Source of the DNA: Spongospora subterranea f. sp. subterranea
Taxonomy: Eukaryota
Length of the DNA: 64,000 nt
NCBI GenBank assembly: GCA_049724395.1
Contig: JAUGWO010000057.1
Coordinates: 1 to 64,000 of the forward strand
Reading direction: 5' to 3'
Part shown: positions 62,410 to 64,000 of the stretch, piece after piece
Numbering within the stretch: position 1 is the first letter of the stretch
Layout: every line of letters begins with the position of its first letter
Notes under the pieces: model-generated
What the model was told of the DNA's origin: nothing
Databases searched by the model: none
What the model saw: only the letters and a program-made list of their open reading frames with translations
Program-made: the position numbers and the translations under genes

Positions 62410-62774
62410 CATTCGAGAAAGTTTCGTTCTCAGTATCAAACTCGATCTTCGTCGTTCCGAACCATACTACGGCCACTCTGGATGACGACTTGTATGGTAC
62501 TCGTGCATCAGACAATCAAGTTAAAACGATTTCCAATCGGAAGTCTGACAAAGCAAGCCTCGCCGGCGAAATCTGATCCCGAGTGTAATCCTGAACAACG
62601 CGTCGGCGATGACGTCAGCACAATGGCCTTCTTTGTCAGACTTCCGATTGGAAATCGTTTTAACTTGATTGTCTGATGCACGAGTACCATACAAGTCATC
62701 ATCCAGAGTGGCCGTAGTATGGTTCGGAACGACGAAGATCGAGTTTGATACTGAGAACGTAACTTTCTCGAATG
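62410..62774. repeat. Near-perfect long palindrome: 144-bp arms, 77-bp loop, 2 mismatches
   Basis: 62410-62553 is the reverse complement of 62631-62774 except gtttcg/gttacg and gatgacgac/gatgatgac. Confidence 0.97.
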
Positions 62775-63300
62775 CAGTCAGGTTCGGGGTCATATCACGC
62801 TGTGAGCTCCAGCTGTTAGCGCCCATATTCCCACGATTGGAAGGAGAAAATGCCAGAATATTCTGGGAAATGAATCTGATAACATCTCAAGATGGTGTAT
62901 GTTGATTCAGTTTCTCCATGATTGTCCATGGTATGGTTGAGGCTGAACCCGGTGCAGTGCGAATAAAGCATCATCGCCAAGTACTGGTACATTGCTGACA
63001 TGGACAATTCTGGTGCATTGCCGACGTCATGAAGACGCACATGATCTTGTAGCCAATGCAAACATTGCGTCAGCACATCTTAACCAGAAGGATCGCAATC
63101 CCCACACGAGTTGATTGCAGACCCTTCATCCGAAGTTGGTCTCCCAGTCTCTCCATTGCCTTCAGGCAAAACAAACGCGATCGTGCTCCAATGGTATTAT
63201 CAGTGTACTCGTCCTGAAGAACAATAGGAACTTCACCTGGAACATTAATGCTCCATCCTTGAGAAGGCCGGTTTTGAGCAGTTCCAGCTCGAGACACTCC
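62554..63300 (-). mobile_element. Degenerate piggyBac-like DDE transposase fragment
   Basis: Frameshifted ORFs ELSMSAMYQYLAMMLY and ATLDDDLYGTRASDNQVKTISNRKSDKEGHCADVIADALFRITLGIRFRRRG resemble the region around the first catalytic Asp of piggyBac-type transposases. No TIR or TTAA ends were found. Confidence 0.5.
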
Positions 63301-64000
63301 CGCGTCCGCGACCTCGTCCGCGTCCTCGACCGCGACCTGAACCGATCTCAGAACGGTTTGTCGGCTCCATTACCGATGCTGTAGCACTCATGCTGAAGAA
63401 GGCGATGAAGCGGATCACACTGGGAACAATCAAATCGATCAAGAAGAATGAACCGACACGCAGTTTATTGGGTCATGGTAGACACAATAGGCAAATCGGG
63501 TTGATCTACCGCCTGTCAAATCACTTCAAAATCGACAATCAGATCGTTATGGCCTCTTACAAATAAGCCATGAATCGGCGGATCTGGTTATGGCCGGATA
63601 GGGATATAGAAGTACACAATAATGTATCTCTGGATAACATTCTGGTGATTTAGTCCGATTCAAATACACCATAGTCGATGGTTCTCAAGTGCTCTGTGTA
63701 AATTCTCCAAAGACGAACCTGATGACGAGTTGTATTTAGGATATTCGGGGTTGGAAGAGGCAATTGCCGTGTGTTCATTGTCAAAGATGGTCGAGAATCC
63801 TGTAGGATTGGATGAACGATCCTCACGAAGTTACTTTGGAGGATATTCCTTTAGAGCATGACACGCAACCAGAAAATTAACTGGCAATCGTGTCAAAGAA
63901 CTATAAGAGATTTTCAACAACATAAATAGTAATTCCCCAGGGGGGGGGAAGATTCGTTCTTTACGCGCTAGAATCGATTCCCAATGTATATCTTTTGGTT

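Overview
Compact eukaryotic genomic DNA, not prokaryotic. Genes carry many short (~45-65 nt) GT-AG introns, and neighbouring stop codons lie as little as 10 bp apart. The gene style and the chitin-deacetylase-like gene would fit a protist such as a phytomyxid/plasmodiophorid, but that is inference only. About 20 protein genes can be read: an uncharacterised ATP-grasp enzyme, a 7-exon Nudix hydrolase whose Nudix box is missed by the ORF track, a GT61-like/GT7 glycosyltransferase, APC and MFS transporters, a ~7.5 kb multi-exon SMCHD1-like GHKL-ATPase/SMC-hinge gene, a probably inactive CE4 deacetylase, an Afi1/MesA-type DENN protein, V-ATPase subunit d, NAPE-PLD-like, TAPT1-like, a pepsin-type protease, a 17-exon SPFH/HIR-like gene with 5- and 7-nt microexons, PSMD5-like, a signal-peptide sHSP, a CBS protein, CDC5, an AAA ATPase and an RPEL protein. 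Between them lie defective Copia, Gypsy and piggyBac-like relics, several minisatellites and four inverted duplications (25 bp to >1 kb arms), all within degenerate or TE-like DNA. Several conserved genes show single-base frameshifts that are most likely assembly errors. Exon boundaries were inferred by eye and homology calls come from remembered motifs, not database searches.
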